Shown here piece by piece: positions 44,379-54,517 of a stretch of 64,000 nt of DNA. This stretch comes from a virus (Duplodnaviria; Caudoviricetes). The stretch lies in IMG/VR virus record IMGVR_UViG_3300028581_000010; one strand, 5' to 3'. Below the pieces are notes generated by a model. That model was not told the origin of the DNA. It did not search any database and saw nothing but the letters and a program-made list of their open reading frames with translations. Positions within the stretch are counted from its first letter, which is position 1. Every line of letters begins with the position of its first letter. Made by a program: the position numbers and the translations under genes.

Positions 44379-47300
44379 ATGGCTAATCTCAGCGATTTAC
44401 TTAAAACATCTGGCAACTTCACTGTAAGTGTCGACGACATTGTTGACGCGGGCGCAAAGGGTAAGGACCTCCTACAGTCCACAACAGCGGCAGAAGCTAA
44501 AGGCTTTCTAGCGCTGGAGACTGTCGATAACACTGCAGACGCTGATAAGCCTGTAAGTGATGCCGCGCAAACGGCGCTAGACCTCAAGGCAGACGCCTCT
44601 ACAACTACAGCAGCTCTTGCCGATAAGTCTGACGTAGGTCACACGCATACAGCTAGTGAGGTTTCGGATAGCACAAGCGTAGGCAGGTCTATACTAACTG
44701 GCACCGACGCCGCTGCAGTAAAAACTACACTAAGCCTTAACTCTGTGGATAATACCGCAGACGCAGACAAGCCTATAAGTGACGACACACAAGCTGCGCT
44801 GGACCTCAAGGCAGACATAACCGCTGTCGAACTCAAAGCTGACGCGACCGCTCTTACAGCTCATACCGGCAATACAGCTAATCCTCATACGGTTACTAAA
44901 ACACAGGTAGGCCTGGGTAATGTGGATAATACGTCCGACGCCAACAAACCAATAAGCAGCGCTACACAGACTGCTCTTGACGGAAAAGCGTCTACTACCC
45001 ACACGCACAGTTCTGAAGATTTGACCGATGTTACAGTGTTGGGTACAAGCATTGTATCCGCTGCAAATCTCACAGGGCTCTACACTATCATAGGCGGCAC
45101 AGCTGTCAAGTATCTCGGAGATACGCCGACCAGTGTCACGCCAGATGCAGTGAACCAGGTGGGCATAGATGTGGAGGGTAAGCTATACACCACAACAGAT
45201 GGTACCAACTGGATAGGTGTTACGGTGGACAATGCTGTTGTGGCTGACACCGCCACGTTAGCAGATACGGCCACAACGGCCTTAAACGCTGGTGGGGACC
45301 TCCTAACTACAATTGCGGGGTTGCAGCCCACCTCAGCTAAAGGACAGCCTAATGGCTATGCTTCTCTGACAGGGGTAGGCAGATTACCTAGTACTCAGCT
45401 GACAATTTTAACAGCCTCGTTTATAAGCGACAGCTCGTCTACAGGACGCACTGTACTGACAGGCTCGGCCTCCGCAGCCAGAACCGCAATAGGGCTTGGT
45501 AATGTAGACAATACCGCAGATTTGTCTAAACCAGTGAGCACAGATATGCAGGCAGCTTTGGATGATAAAGAAGACATGTTGGGCACACCAACAGTCGACG
45601 GCTACGTGTTAAGCTCCATGGTTGACGGCACCCGCAGCTGGATAGAGACCGGTGTTGGCTTGGAGCCTGCCCTAGGTAACCCAGCCGCAGATAACTATGT
45701 ATTAAGCTCATTGGTTGATGGCACCCGCAGCTGGGTGGAAGCTGGCCTTGGTAGCGAACCTTCCTTAGGTACTCCCGCAGCTGACGGCTATGTACTCAGC
45801 TCGCTGACGGATGGTACACGTAGCTGGATAGCTGCTGGAGCACCGACAGGGCCAATACGTGTCGTAACCACGCACGCAAACGTCGTACTGAGCGACGCGG
45901 AGGGCACTATTATCGTAGTGAACAATGCGATCGACTACGACACACATCTAACACTACCGAATCCTTCCATGGAAGATACTTTTCCAATAGGTACAAGAAT
46001 ACAGATTGTGCAAGGAGGCATATCGCCAGTAATTGTCAGATGTGAGGACCCCTATGTTAAGATAAACGGCGTGACATATACAGCTACTAACTATAGCGAG
46101 CGCCCTGTGATTGCCGCTCGCACAGTTGGGCTAAACTCAAGCCTAACGCTAACACAGTTACCAGACGATGCCTGGAGTGTATCTTGCTCAAGCAATAACA
46201 CTGAAGACAGTTTCACCCTTCAACCACGCGAAGCTGCGCTCAGGTTGTTAAGCACCACTACATATACAGATAGCACACAACTACTATATCACTTTGATAA
46301 ACGCACTGATGTAGATGATTTCGAGCCTTACAATATAGGATCGAAATACGCATATTATACACCGGTAGAGCGTACCGCCCCGTGGCCGTCGACTGTGGCG
46401 CTGGATTCTAACGAAGTTAAGTACGGTAGCGACTCATTACATCTGGACGGTACTAGTACGCCAGTGTTAACCGGTATACACATTTCTCTTAGAGAAATGC
46501 TCAGGACTTTTTCATTAAATTTTACGCTTGAGTTTTACATGAGGCTTCCAGCGGACCCTTCTGATGAGCTGAGTGACTTTATAGAAATAACCGATTCAGT
46601 GCTTGGTAACTTTCTACGCCTAGGGTTCGAGGTATCTACACAACAGCTAAAGCTCACACTGGCAGGAAGCACGTACAATACATCGAGCACTTATGCAAAA
46701 GATACATGGAACCATATCGTCATTACACGGCACGGCACAAACATAAAAGTTTATGTGAATGGTGTACTGGAGATAACAGTGGCTCGCCCAACCGCCTTCG
46801 ATGACGCCTGGAGCGACGGCGCATATTTGGATGTAGGTAATACCACAACCGGTAGCGGTTGGGCAACATTACACATTGATGAACTGCGCGTTTCGAATAA
46901 CACGGTATATACTGCTGCTTTTACACCACCGACCGAGCCCTTCGACGCTCTTGGTAAGCTTGATCTCACTGGGGCGAACTTAGCAGAGCTGGCGGATGTG
47001 GATAGTGCTGCCCCTATAGACGGTAGTGCATTAATTTGGAATGAGACGGGCGCTACGTGGACAGCTAGCACTACCGCCTTTGCGCCTAAATATCCGGTAG
47101 TAAATGCACAAACCGACACTACATACATCGCAGTACTCGGCGACGATCAAAAGTTTATTACATGCGACAACGCCGATCCTGTTACTTTCACCGTACCAGC
47201 CGAAGCAGATGTTGCTTTTCCAATAGGCGCTTCAATGACGGTCTATCAGGTTGGAGCGGGTCGTGTAACTTTTGCTGGAGATACTGGCGTCACTGTTGAG

Positions 47301-47402
47301 ACGCGCGGTGGAGCATACTCTATATCTGCACAATACGGCGTAGCAACATTGTTCAAGAGAGCTGCGGATACCTGGGCGTTAATGGGAGACCTATCGGTGT
47401 AA
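44379..47402 (+). CDS. long tail fibre with shaft repeats, LamG/ConA-like domain and C-terminal fibre domain
   Basis: VDNTADADKP x4, LGxPxxDGYVLSSxxDGTRSW x3, FTLEFY...WNHIVITRHG...IDELRVS. Confidence 0.85.
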   Translation: MANLSDLLKTSGNFTVSVDDIVDAGAKGKDLLQSTTAAEAKGFLALETVDNTADADKPVSDAAQTALDLKADASTTTAALADKSDVGHTHTASEVSDSTSVGRSILTGTDAAAVKTTLSLNSVDNTADADKPISDDTQAALDLKADITAVELKADATALTAHTGNTANPHTVTKTQVGLGNVDNTSDANKPISSATQTALDGKASTTHTHSSEDLTDVTVLGTSIVSAANLTGLYTIIGGTAVKYLGDTPTSVTPDAVNQVGIDVEGKLYTTTDGTNWIGVTVDNAVVADTATLADTATTALNAGGDLLTTIAGLQPTSAKGQPNGYASLTGVGRLPSTQLTILTASFISDSSSTGRTVLTGSASAARTAIGLGNVDNTADLSKPVSTDMQAALDDKEDMLGTPTVDGYVLSSMVDGTRSWIETGVGLEPALGNPAADNYVLSSLVDGTRSWVEAGLGSEPSLGTPAADGYVLSSLTDGTRSWIAAGAPTGPIRVVTTHANVVLSDAEGTIIVVNNAIDYDTHLTLPNPSMEDTFPIGTRIQIVQGGISPVIVRCEDPYVKINGVTYTATNYSERPVIAARTVGLNSSLTLTQLPDDAWSVSCSSNNTEDSFTLQPREAALRLLSTTTYTDSTQLLYHFDKRTDVDDFEPYNIGSKYAYYTPVERTAPWPSTVALDSNEVKYGSDSLHLDGTSTPVLTGIHISLREMLRTFSLNFTLEFYMRLPADPSDELSDFIEITDSVLGNFLRLGFEVSTQQLKLTLAGSTYNTSSTYAKDTWNHIVITRHGTNIKVYVNGVLEITVARPTAFDDAWSDGAYLDVGNTTTGSGWATLHIDELRVSNNTVYTAAFTPPTEPFDALGKLDLTGANLAELADVDSAAPIDGSALIWNETGATWTASTTAFAPKYPVVNAQTDTTYIAVLGDDQKFITCDNADPVTFTVPAEADVAFPIGASMTVYQVGAGRVTFAGDTGVTVETRGGAYSISAQYGVATLFKRAADTWALMGDLSV

Positions 47403-47403
47403 T

Positions 47404-49077
47404 ATGCGTATATTTGGCTTTGGCGCCGGTAGAAATGGTGCTTCTGCCGACTTATACTTTAGCAGCGTAGCTCTTCTCCTAAACATGGAGGGTGACGCAG
47501 CATCTACTACATTTTTAGATAGCTCGTCACATGAGTTCACTGTTACCGCACATGGTAACGCACAGCTAGACACGGCCCGCTATCGTAATGGGCGTACTTC
47601 TGGTTTATTCGATGGCTTGTCGTATCTCACAGCTCCAGATAATACAGCCTTTGAACTTACTGGGGATTTCACTGTAGAAACATGGGTCTATTGTACCGCG
47701 AACTCTACACATGTTGGTGCCATATTTGATGGTTGCCCTTTAGGTGGCTCCGCAGCTCGCGCTAATACATTTCTGTTAGGGTTAGACGACACCGGGCATC
47801 CTTACGTATACAGCGATGGCGGAATTCTGGGAACGGCGGCCACTGCTTTAACGCTCGATACGTGGCAGCATATAGCATTGGTACGCTTTGGGAGCAACTT
47901 GCAGCTTTATTTGCACGGAACGTCTGTGTTAAACATAGCCTGCACAACAAGCTTTTCTACAGGGGGTTGCGTCATAGGTAGCACTGGAACAGAGGCCGGT
48001 ACAGCAGGGTACGGGTTCATAGGTAATATGGATGGGTTGCGTATAACCAACGGAATAGCCCGCTTTATAGGAAACTTCAACGCAGATAATACACGCTACT
48101 ATACCGAGCGGATACCGGTTGACCTTCCTGAGAGCCTATTTGCTGACAGCATTGCTGAGAATTTCAACAACGCTATAGAGCTCTTTGTCAACTCCCTAGC
48201 TCTTAACGATATACTGTATATCGACGCCGCAATGTCATTAGATAACAGCGGGACACCAGATATCGTAGAAGGAACCATGGCCGTTCCTAGCATAGCTTAT
48301 ATTGTCGGCGTGGCTGAGCACGATGTGGCCGGTACACCAGAAGAGATATCTAACACGGTAGCAGTACCGAGCATCGGCTACGTAATAGGTAACGTAGAAC
48401 AAGACAGCTCGGGAGCACCAGATGAGCTCTCCGCTACACTAGGCGTGGCTTCAATAGACTACCCTACTAGTGCGAGCTCTCACGACGAGTCCGGAGCTCC
48501 AGACGCTTTTGGAAGCACACTTACCATAACAGGAATGCGTTATCTAGGTGTGAGCCCTGACGCGTTTGCGGCCACCCTCAGCCTGAGCGAGTTACTCTAT
48601 GTGGATACTGTTAGCGAGCAGACTATACTGGAGGCTTTCGCCAATACAGTAGCGCTAAACTCCATGACCTACACGACAGACGGGCCTGTAGAGGTTTCTG
48701 CCACGTTAGAGGCCTTTGCTAACACAATTAGTTTAACGGCAATAAGTTATGTGACCGCACTTAATATCATAGACAACTCTGGAACGCCAGAGACATTCTC
48801 TAATACATTAAGCCTTTCCTCAATCACATATGCCACTGCAGCCTATGCGGAAGTTCCTACCAGTGTAGAGGAGTTCTCTGCCACCGTAAGCGCACAATCG
48901 ATGAGCTTCTTTGACGGTTGGGTTATATATACCGCCTCAGGTACTGCCGAGGAGTTTTCTGTAGCTAGCTCAGCGCAATCCTTGAGTTATTTTGACGGGT
49001 GGGTTATTCAAGATAACTCTGGAACTGCTGAAGAGTTTTCTGTTACAATTAGTGCCATAACCCTATCCTACGCTTAA
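47404..49077 (+). CDS. LamG-domain virion protein with C-terminal SGxPExFSxT repeats
   Basis: GDFTVETWVY...WQHIALVR...GNMDGLRITNGIAR; repeated P(E/D)xFSxTLS. Confidence 0.85.
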   Translation: MRIFGFGAGRNGASADLYFSSVALLLNMEGDAASTTFLDSSSHEFTVTAHGNAQLDTARYRNGRTSGLFDGLSYLTAPDNTAFELTGDFTVETWVYCTANSTHVGAIFDGCPLGGSAARANTFLLGLDDTGHPYVYSDGGILGTAATALTLDTWQHIALVRFGSNLQLYLHGTSVLNIACTTSFSTGGCVIGSTGTEAGTAGYGFIGNMDGLRITNGIARFIGNFNADNTRYYTERIPVDLPESLFADSIAENFNNAIELFVNSLALNDILYIDAAMSLDNSGTPDIVEGTMAVPSIAYIVGVAEHDVAGTPEEISNTVAVPSIGYVIGNVEQDSSGAPDELSATLGVASIDYPTSASSHDESGAPDAFGSTLTITGMRYLGVSPDAFAATLSLSELLYVDTVSEQTILEAFANTVALNSMTYTTDGPVEVSATLEAFANTISLTAISYVTALNIIDNSGTPETFSNTLSLSSITYATAAYAEVPTSVEEFSATVSAQSMSFFDGWVIYTASGTAEEFSVASSAQSLSYFDGWVIQDNSGTAEEFSVTISAITLSYA

Positions 49078-49080
49078 ATC

Positions 49081-50181
49081 ATGCAAATACTTAAAAAATC
49101 TTATGTGGAAGCCGACGCCAATATATCTGTCGGTGTGGGAGGCGTGTGGAAGGTCTCCGTCGTAAACGCCAGCACAGGAGCTGAATACTTTCCGTTCGGT
49201 GACGAATTTCGTCCCAACCTCATTCTCAACCAAGGGCTGGATATGCTCGTCGGCTCCTCATCGCAGTGGTTTCAGAGCACCTCTGGATACTCGCAGCAGG
49301 CAGGTACAATTCTGGCAATATCTACCGCACGTTGTGGCACGTCAAGTACCGCAGCCGCCGCCTCGCAAACTGGGCTACAAGCAGCTACAGCTGCTACATC
49401 TGTCACGACCACTCCAGGCTTCACGTGCCTGTCCACAAGAGATACCGTCAGTGGTTTCTCGACGTTCACGAGGTCATTCGACTTCGATATAGTTACTTCA
49501 GGTGTGACCTTGTATGAGGCAGCGCTATCGGCGGATGGTACTAACTCAGGAGGTAGTGGTTCCAGAATATTTACACGCTTCGTATTTCCCTCTCCAGGTG
49601 TTTCTTTGGTTGCAGGCCAGTTTTTGCGACTAGTATACTCGCTCAAATGCTCCATTCCGTCTACGGTTACACCAATCACTGTAACAGTTAACAATGGTGG
49701 CTTCACTGGCGATGGCTCGGTTCAAGCGGTCGGCACATTTGCAGAGCTGTTTGGTACGCTGAACAGCGACGGCACATATGTAGACTCTGGCTGGCACGGT
49801 CAGAAAGGTTACCTGCCCGCTGGCTGGGCGAGCTCGAGTCTGTATGCTCACGCCTACATGGTTAGCTCAGCGGCGAGCTTTCCATCTGTCGACACAGCTG
49901 CATCACTGTCTATAGTCGGGTCGCTTATCAGCGTTGCGCCAAATATAACATCAACAACATACTCGGCAGGCTCTGGTACTAGGGATATCACATATATCTT
50001 TCCAGCTAACAATCCAGGGTCAGACACATCTATTGGTGGTGTGTTATTCAACTCAGCCAGTATGACCGGCACACATAGCAGGCTCACAGACGGCTGGCTA
50101 TGGCTGTTTGATAGCCCGCAAACCAAGCATGCTACCAAGTCGCTGGTCATCAACCTCACTACGACGCTCACCAGAGTATAA
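49081..50181 (+). CDS. beta-rich virion structural protein (paralog 1)
   Basis: NLILNQGLD motif; end-to-end similarity to next gene. Confidence 0.8.
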   Translation: MQILKKSYVEADANISVGVGGVWKVSVVNASTGAEYFPFGDEFRPNLILNQGLDMLVGSSSQWFQSTSGYSQQAGTILAISTARCGTSSTAAAASQTGLQAATAATSVTTTPGFTCLSTRDTVSGFSTFTRSFDFDIVTSGVTLYEAALSADGTNSGGSGSRIFTRFVFPSPGVSLVAGQFLRLVYSLKCSIPSTVTPITVTVNNGGFTGDGSVQAVGTFAELFGTLNSDGTYVDSGWHGQKGYLPAGWASSSLYAHAYMVSSAASFPSVDTAASLSIVGSLISVAPNITSTTYSAGSGTRDITYIFPANNPGSDTSIGGVLFNSASMTGTHSRLTDGWLWLFDSPQTKHATKSLVINLTTTLTRV

Positions 50182-51275
50182 TGAACATCCTTAAGAGGAA
50201 CTACATAGAGGGCGAGGCAACGGTTGGAGCCAGCTTCGGAGGAACGTGGAAGGTAGCTATTGTTAACGCCAGCACTGGTGCGGTGCACCACCCTTTCGGT
50301 GATAAGTTTCGTCATAACCTCATTCTCAATCAAGGATTAGATCTGTTTGTAGGGTCAGCCACATATTATAATGACAGCAGTGTAGGCGGGGCCACGGCGG
50401 CACATCTGGTCTCCACATTGTCTCGAGCAGGTGTAGGCACATCCACTACGGCGGCAGCAAATAGTCAGACAGGTATACAGGCAGGCGCGGTATACACTCA
50501 AACAGCCACATCTGGGTTTAATCACAGCACTACTGATGATACGGGTGCAGGCTCCAGGACATTTGTCCGCTCATATGACTTTGCACCGGTTGCCTCACCG
50601 GTAACATACAACGAGGCGGTCATTGAAGCCCAACGACAAAATATAGGTGCCCTGTATGCATATTCACGCTTTGTGTTTCCGAGCGGTGTATCTTTAGTAG
50701 CCGGACAGTTTCTACGACTTTCTTACGCATTAAAAATTACTGTCCCCTGTATTGTGACTCCGATTAATGTAACGATCAGTAATGGAGGCTTCACAGGAGA
50801 CGGTACTATAAAGCTTGTAGGCACCTTCAACACAATTTTTGGTTCATTAAACTCGTCCACTGCTGTGGTGGGAGATAATGGCTATGGGTGGAAAAACTTT
50901 CTACCGTTTTGGAATGGTAATAGTACTAGTGGCACTGGAGGCAACAACCGGTTAGCTATGTTAAGTAGCGCAGCCGACTTCCCGGCTGTAGGTGTGGCAC
51001 CTTCGTTGGCGCTTGCCACAAACTCGTCTCATGTGCCCCCTGCCAGTATTACAACAGGAGTATATACAGCTGGGTCAGGTACCCGGGATGCCTCCTATCT
51101 AGTCGCTGCAGGCAACCCATCAGCTACGTCAACCCTTGGCGGGCTTCTGCTCTATACGGATTCTGCGAGCAACCGACTAACAAGTGGGTATCTGTGGAAG
51201 TTTACCACACCGCAATCCAAGGCAGATACAAAGGCGCTCGTACTAGGTATGAGAGTAACAATCACAAGAGGCTAA
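50181..51275 (+). CDS. beta-rich virion structural protein (paralog 2)
   Basis: VNASTGA..PFGDxFRxNLILNQGLD and FVFPSxGVSLVAGQFLRL shared with previous gene. Confidence 0.8.
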   Translation: MNILKRNYIEGEATVGASFGGTWKVAIVNASTGAVHHPFGDKFRHNLILNQGLDLFVGSATYYNDSSVGGATAAHLVSTLSRAGVGTSTTAAANSQTGIQAGAVYTQTATSGFNHSTTDDTGAGSRTFVRSYDFAPVASPVTYNEAVIEAQRQNIGALYAYSRFVFPSGVSLVAGQFLRLSYALKITVPCIVTPINVTISNGGFTGDGTIKLVGTFNTIFGSLNSSTAVVGDNGYGWKNFLPFWNGNSTSGTGGNNRLAMLSSAADFPAVGVAPSLALATNSSHVPPASITTGVYTAGSGTRDASYLVAAGNPSATSTLGGLLLYTDSASNRLTSGYLWKFTTPQSKADTKALVLGMRVTITRG

Positions 51276-51556
51276 TGGCTAACAAGGTACAAGAATACAA
51301 CGCCGATGGTAAGAAGCTCGTGGGCTTTCTCTGCCCAGGCTGCAACACAGTACATGTGGTCAACGTAGATACTACTTCTCGTCCAGCATGGTCATTCAAC
51401 GGTGACTTAGAGCATCCTACATTTTATCCCTCCCTTCTAATGAACCTAGCCGGGCTAGTCTGCCATTCTTTTGTTAGAAACGGGCTCATTGCCTTCATGG
51501 GTGACTGCTCCCATGACCTGAAAAATAAAACAGTCGAGCTGGGCGATATTGATTGA
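51275..51556 (+). CDS. DUF6527-family protein
   Basis: FLCPGCNTVH...WSFNGDLEHPTFYPSL...CHSFV...DCSH. Confidence 0.85.
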   Translation: MANKVQEYNADGKKLVGFLCPGCNTVHVVNVDTTSRPAWSFNGDLEHPTFYPSLLMNLAGLVCHSFVRNGLIAFMGDCSHDLKNKTVELGDID

Positions 51557-51587
51557 TTTTGGCTTCAGCCAGCGGTAACATACAGGT

Positions 51588-51821
51588 ATGAAAAATACAG
51601 TACTGATTCTATTCATGTTCCTCGTCGGTTGCTCTTCGTGGCACAAACCACTACAAGCTCCAGGAAGAACTGCACCACCTCCTGCAAGCACAACAAACCT
51701 CAACGAGCAGATCAACACACTAGATACGGCTCTACGTAACGCTACGACAAGAACGGATCGCATTCGCCTGCTTGTGGACGCACTGTCCTTCAAAGACGTA
51801 ATTACTCCTGAAAAAAGATGA
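51588..51821 (+). CDS. lipoprotein, putative outer-membrane spanin-like
   Basis: Lipobox FLVGC, Pro-rich linker, short coiled coil, in lysis cassette. Confidence 0.6.
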   Translation: MKNTVLILFMFLVGCSSWHKPLQAPGRTAPPPASTTNLNEQINTLDTALRNATTRTDRIRLLVDALSFKDVITPEKR

Positions 51822-52315
51822 AAGCCATATATGCCGCAATAGCCATGGTGTTCTGTGCCATGCCCGCCCATGCGCTGACTAACGCACAAATCAGAGACCA
51901 GCTAAAAATAGAGATCACAGGTCTACAGACAGAGCTGACTACTGCAACCAAGACCAACGAGGCGCTTAAGAAAGAGCGCGATGTAATTCAGCAATCGCTG
52001 GATAGTATGCGCACCTGGGGTATGGACCAACAGACAGCGGCTACGACATACTTCAACGAACGTGAAGCTGCAGTGAAAGCACATGAGGCCGAGCGTAAGG
52101 CGCATCTGGCTACCATAGACAGATATCATAGACTGAAGCTGTTGTGTTCGTTGCTGACAGGTATGTTCGCAATGATCTTCTATCTAAGAAGCAACGGCAC
52201 TGGTGCTATTCTTAGCTCTGTGTCTGCCCTATCTCCTTATGCGGGTATCGTCAAGATACTTGCACCTATTCTCGTATTTGTGGCTGGCTTTTTAGTCATT
52301 TGGCTACCTCTCTAA
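51818..52315 (+). CDS. membrane coiled-coil protein, putative spanin-like
   Basis: Signal peptide, long coiled coil, two C-terminal TM segments. Confidence 0.55.
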   Translation: MKAIYAAIAMVFCAMPAHALTNAQIRDQLKIEITGLQTELTTATKTNEALKKERDVIQQSLDSMRTWGMDQQTAATTYFNEREAAVKAHEAERKAHLATIDRYHRLKLLCSLLTGMFAMIFYLRSNGTGAILSSVSALSPYAGIVKILAPILVFVAGFLVIWLPL

Positions 52316-52319
52316 GTAT

Positions 52320-52775
52320 ATGTGGACCAAGATTGTCGAATTCAGTAAGAACATTACCTGGCCCCTAGCGCCTGGTATACATCCACCACATGCAACAGAG
52401 GAGCTAGCTAAGTCGATGGATAGCACTGCACATCTGATGTCGAAGAAGTTCTTTATGACTTTCTTTGCATTGCTGTTGGTGACTGGTTTCTTCTTCGCTG
52501 CCGTAGGCTTGCTGTTCATGCTCCCTACAGACGCAGCAATTGCAGGCATGGTTACCATGTTTGTAAAGATCGCGGAGATCGTTGCAATGATCGTATCCGT
52601 TATGATACTTGGGCAGTCTGCTGTTGACCTCAAGTACGGCAGCAACAACAGCACTAACTATAACACAAACACTGTCACCGAGGAAAAAGAGAGCAACATC
52701 AAAAAAGAGATTATCTCGAATACTAAGGAAGACGACTACAGTATTTCAATGGACGACGTATATGAATCCGAGTAA
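52320..52775 (+). CDS. putative holin (2 TM)
   Basis: MSKKFFMTFFALLLV...; two TM segments directly upstream of the endolysin. Confidence 0.7.
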   Translation: MWTKIVEFSKNITWPLAPGIHPPHATEELAKSMDSTAHLMSKKFFMTFFALLLVTGFFFAAVGLLFMLPTDAAIAGMVTMFVKIAEIVAMIVSVMILGQSAVDLKYGSNNSTNYNTNTVTEEKESNIKKEIISNTKEDDYSISMDDVYESE

Positions 52776-53361
52776 AGAAGGCATCGATTTTATCATAGAG
52801 TGTGAGACAGGCGGCAAGAGCTACTACGAGCAGGTATACAAGAACACGTTCTGCTGGCCAGGCGAATCCTCCGGGCCTACCGCAATGGTTGGCATAGATT
52901 GTGCCTACTATTCACCCAAGGAGCTCAGAGAGATCTTCGGCCCCTATACCTCACAGCAGGAGCTGGATCTTATTCTAGGCGCAGTCGGCAAGACAGGTTC
53001 CGCTGGAGCCTCCTATACAAAGAAGCTCAAGGGCATCACCTTTACCTGGGACGAGGCTATGGAGGTCTTTAAGAAGTATACCGTACCCAAGTTCTCGGCG
53101 CTCACAGAGAAGGCCTTTCCTGGCGTCTACGAGCTCTGTCCTGACGCCCAGGCAGCCGTACTATCCATTGTATTCAACCGCGGCGTAAAGATGTCTGGTG
53201 ACAGGCGTTTAGAAATGCGCTCTTTAAGAGATGCCGTGGCAGCTAAAAGCTACAAAGGTATGGCCAGCTCCATCCGCGGGATGAAGCGTTTATGGCCAGA
53301 TACCCCGAGTCTACGTAGACGCAGGGAGCAAGAAGCCTTGCTAGTAGAGAAGTGCGCTTAA
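52762..53361 (+). CDS. endolysin, lysozyme-like fold (GH24/pesticin-like)
   Basis: EGIDFIIECE...WPGESSGPT...LSIVFNRG...LRRRREQEA; start MNPSKE. Confidence 0.85.
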   Translation: MNPSKEGIDFIIECETGGKSYYEQVYKNTFCWPGESSGPTAMVGIDCAYYSPKELREIFGPYTSQQELDLILGAVGKTGSAGASYTKKLKGITFTWDEAMEVFKKYTVPKFSALTEKAFPGVYELCPDAQAAVLSIVFNRGVKMSGDRRLEMRSLRDAVAAKSYKGMASSIRGMKRLWPDTPSLRRRREQEALLVEKCA

Positions 53362-53627
53362 TTACGATCGCTATCTGCGTCGTGACTCTCTTCATCGCGT
53401 AATGCACAATTACGCAGATGTTTTTGCATTGCAGACACTTGCGCATCTGCATAGTTTAGGACACCAAGCTGGACAACAGGGTTATCAAAGCTCTCATATG
53501 ACTCGAGATTTCCTAGCTCATTGCAGACAACCAAGTAGTATCCTCTCGAGAACTCATTGAGCTGTTCGAGGAATTGTTTGGGTAGTTTGAATCCAGTTCT
53601 TTCTTCCATATTCCTTAAGTATAGCAT
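53358..53627 (-). CDS. hypothetical protein (start probably MEERT)
   Basis: Convergent with endolysin; TGCTATACT promoter upstream. Confidence 0.7.
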   Translation of the reverse strand: MLYLRNMEERTGFKLPKQFLEQLNEFSRGYYLVVCNELGNLESYESFDNPVVQLGVLNYADAQVSAMQKHLRNCALRDEESHDADSDRN

Positions 53628-53635
53628 AACTGCTA

Positions 53636-53665
53636 GCTAAAAAAAGGAGATATTGCACTCCTTTA
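53636..53665 (-). terminator. intrinsic terminator
   Basis: AAGGAGTGCAATATCTCCTTTTTTTAGC. Confidence 0.65.
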
Positions 53666-53680
53666 ATGTCTTTGTGCTGA

Positions 53681-54142
53681 CTATTTGTAAGCGTCCCCCG
53701 TGGAGACATAGCACGGCATTGCAGCCCGCTCAGCGTCAGACAACCGACGGAAGAACTCAGCCTCCGTAATTTCGTTTCCCTTCCTCCACGACTGCAGCGG
53801 AAAGTACTTGCGTTTATACTCGTAGGCGTACTTTGCACCACCCGAGAACTCACAACTCCAGGTCTGCTTGAAGTTCAGATCCCTGTAGAGCTCCCCGCTG
53901 TTTTTATAGCGGCTCCGTACCCACTTCCAAATTTGGGCACGCACGTTCTCCGGAACGTCGCCGTCATCCTGCATCACACGTTCCTCTATCGGAGGCTTGC
54001 GGTTTGCGAAGCTTATTGTACCGAGCTGTCCACCCAACTCATGTACAAGATCTGTAGCTGCTGCGGCTATGCTTGGTGCTGCCGACCTCAAACTGTTGGT
54101 CACCAGACTGAATCCCTTGGTGTGTAGTGCCGCTAGAGCCAT
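53681..54142 (-). CDS. hypothetical protein
   Basis: 153-aa ORF. Confidence 0.7.
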   Translation of the reverse strand: MALAALHTKGFSLVTNSLRSAAPSIAAAATDLVHELGGQLGTISFANRKPPIEERVMQDDGDVPENVRAQIWKWVRSRYKNSGELYRDLNFKQTWSCEFSGGAKYAYEYKRKYFPLQSWRKGNEITEAEFFRRLSDAERAAMPCYVSTGDAYK

Positions 54143-54173
54143 ACTTTTTGCACACCCAGTTCGCGCTTTTGAA

Positions 54174-54473
54174 TCATCCTTTGGTTTTTTCCCTTTGTCC
54201 AGAAGCTTTTGTTTTCTTTAGCCTCGCGATTTCCTCGCGCAGGCTCTTGTTTGTTTCGTCCAACACTAACACTTTTTCCCGGTGAATCTCACGCCGGTCG
54301 CGCTCTTCCTGACTTATGTATTTCAAGAACTGTCCGAAGAGCAGGACAGTCAGTAGCAGCACCATCAACCCAATGAATATCTTGGGAGTGCCGCAAGTGA
54401 AGCCCGCCAACTCAAGGGCTCCCCAGATTATCAGCAATAGGTTTGTTATGGCAAGCTTGTTCATTGTATGCAA
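54174..54473 (-). CDS. 2-TM membrane protein with charged coiled-coil tail
   Basis: Two hydrophobic segments then QEERDRREIHRE. Confidence 0.7.
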   Translation of the reverse strand: MHTMNKLAITNLLLIIWGALELAGFTCGTPKIFIGLMVLLLTVLLFGQFLKYISQEERDRREIHREKVLVLDETNKSLREEIARLKKTKASGQREKTKG

Positions 54474-54517
54474 GGGGCGGCCGGGAATTACACCCGACCA
54501 CCCCTGCGGTTAAGGGC

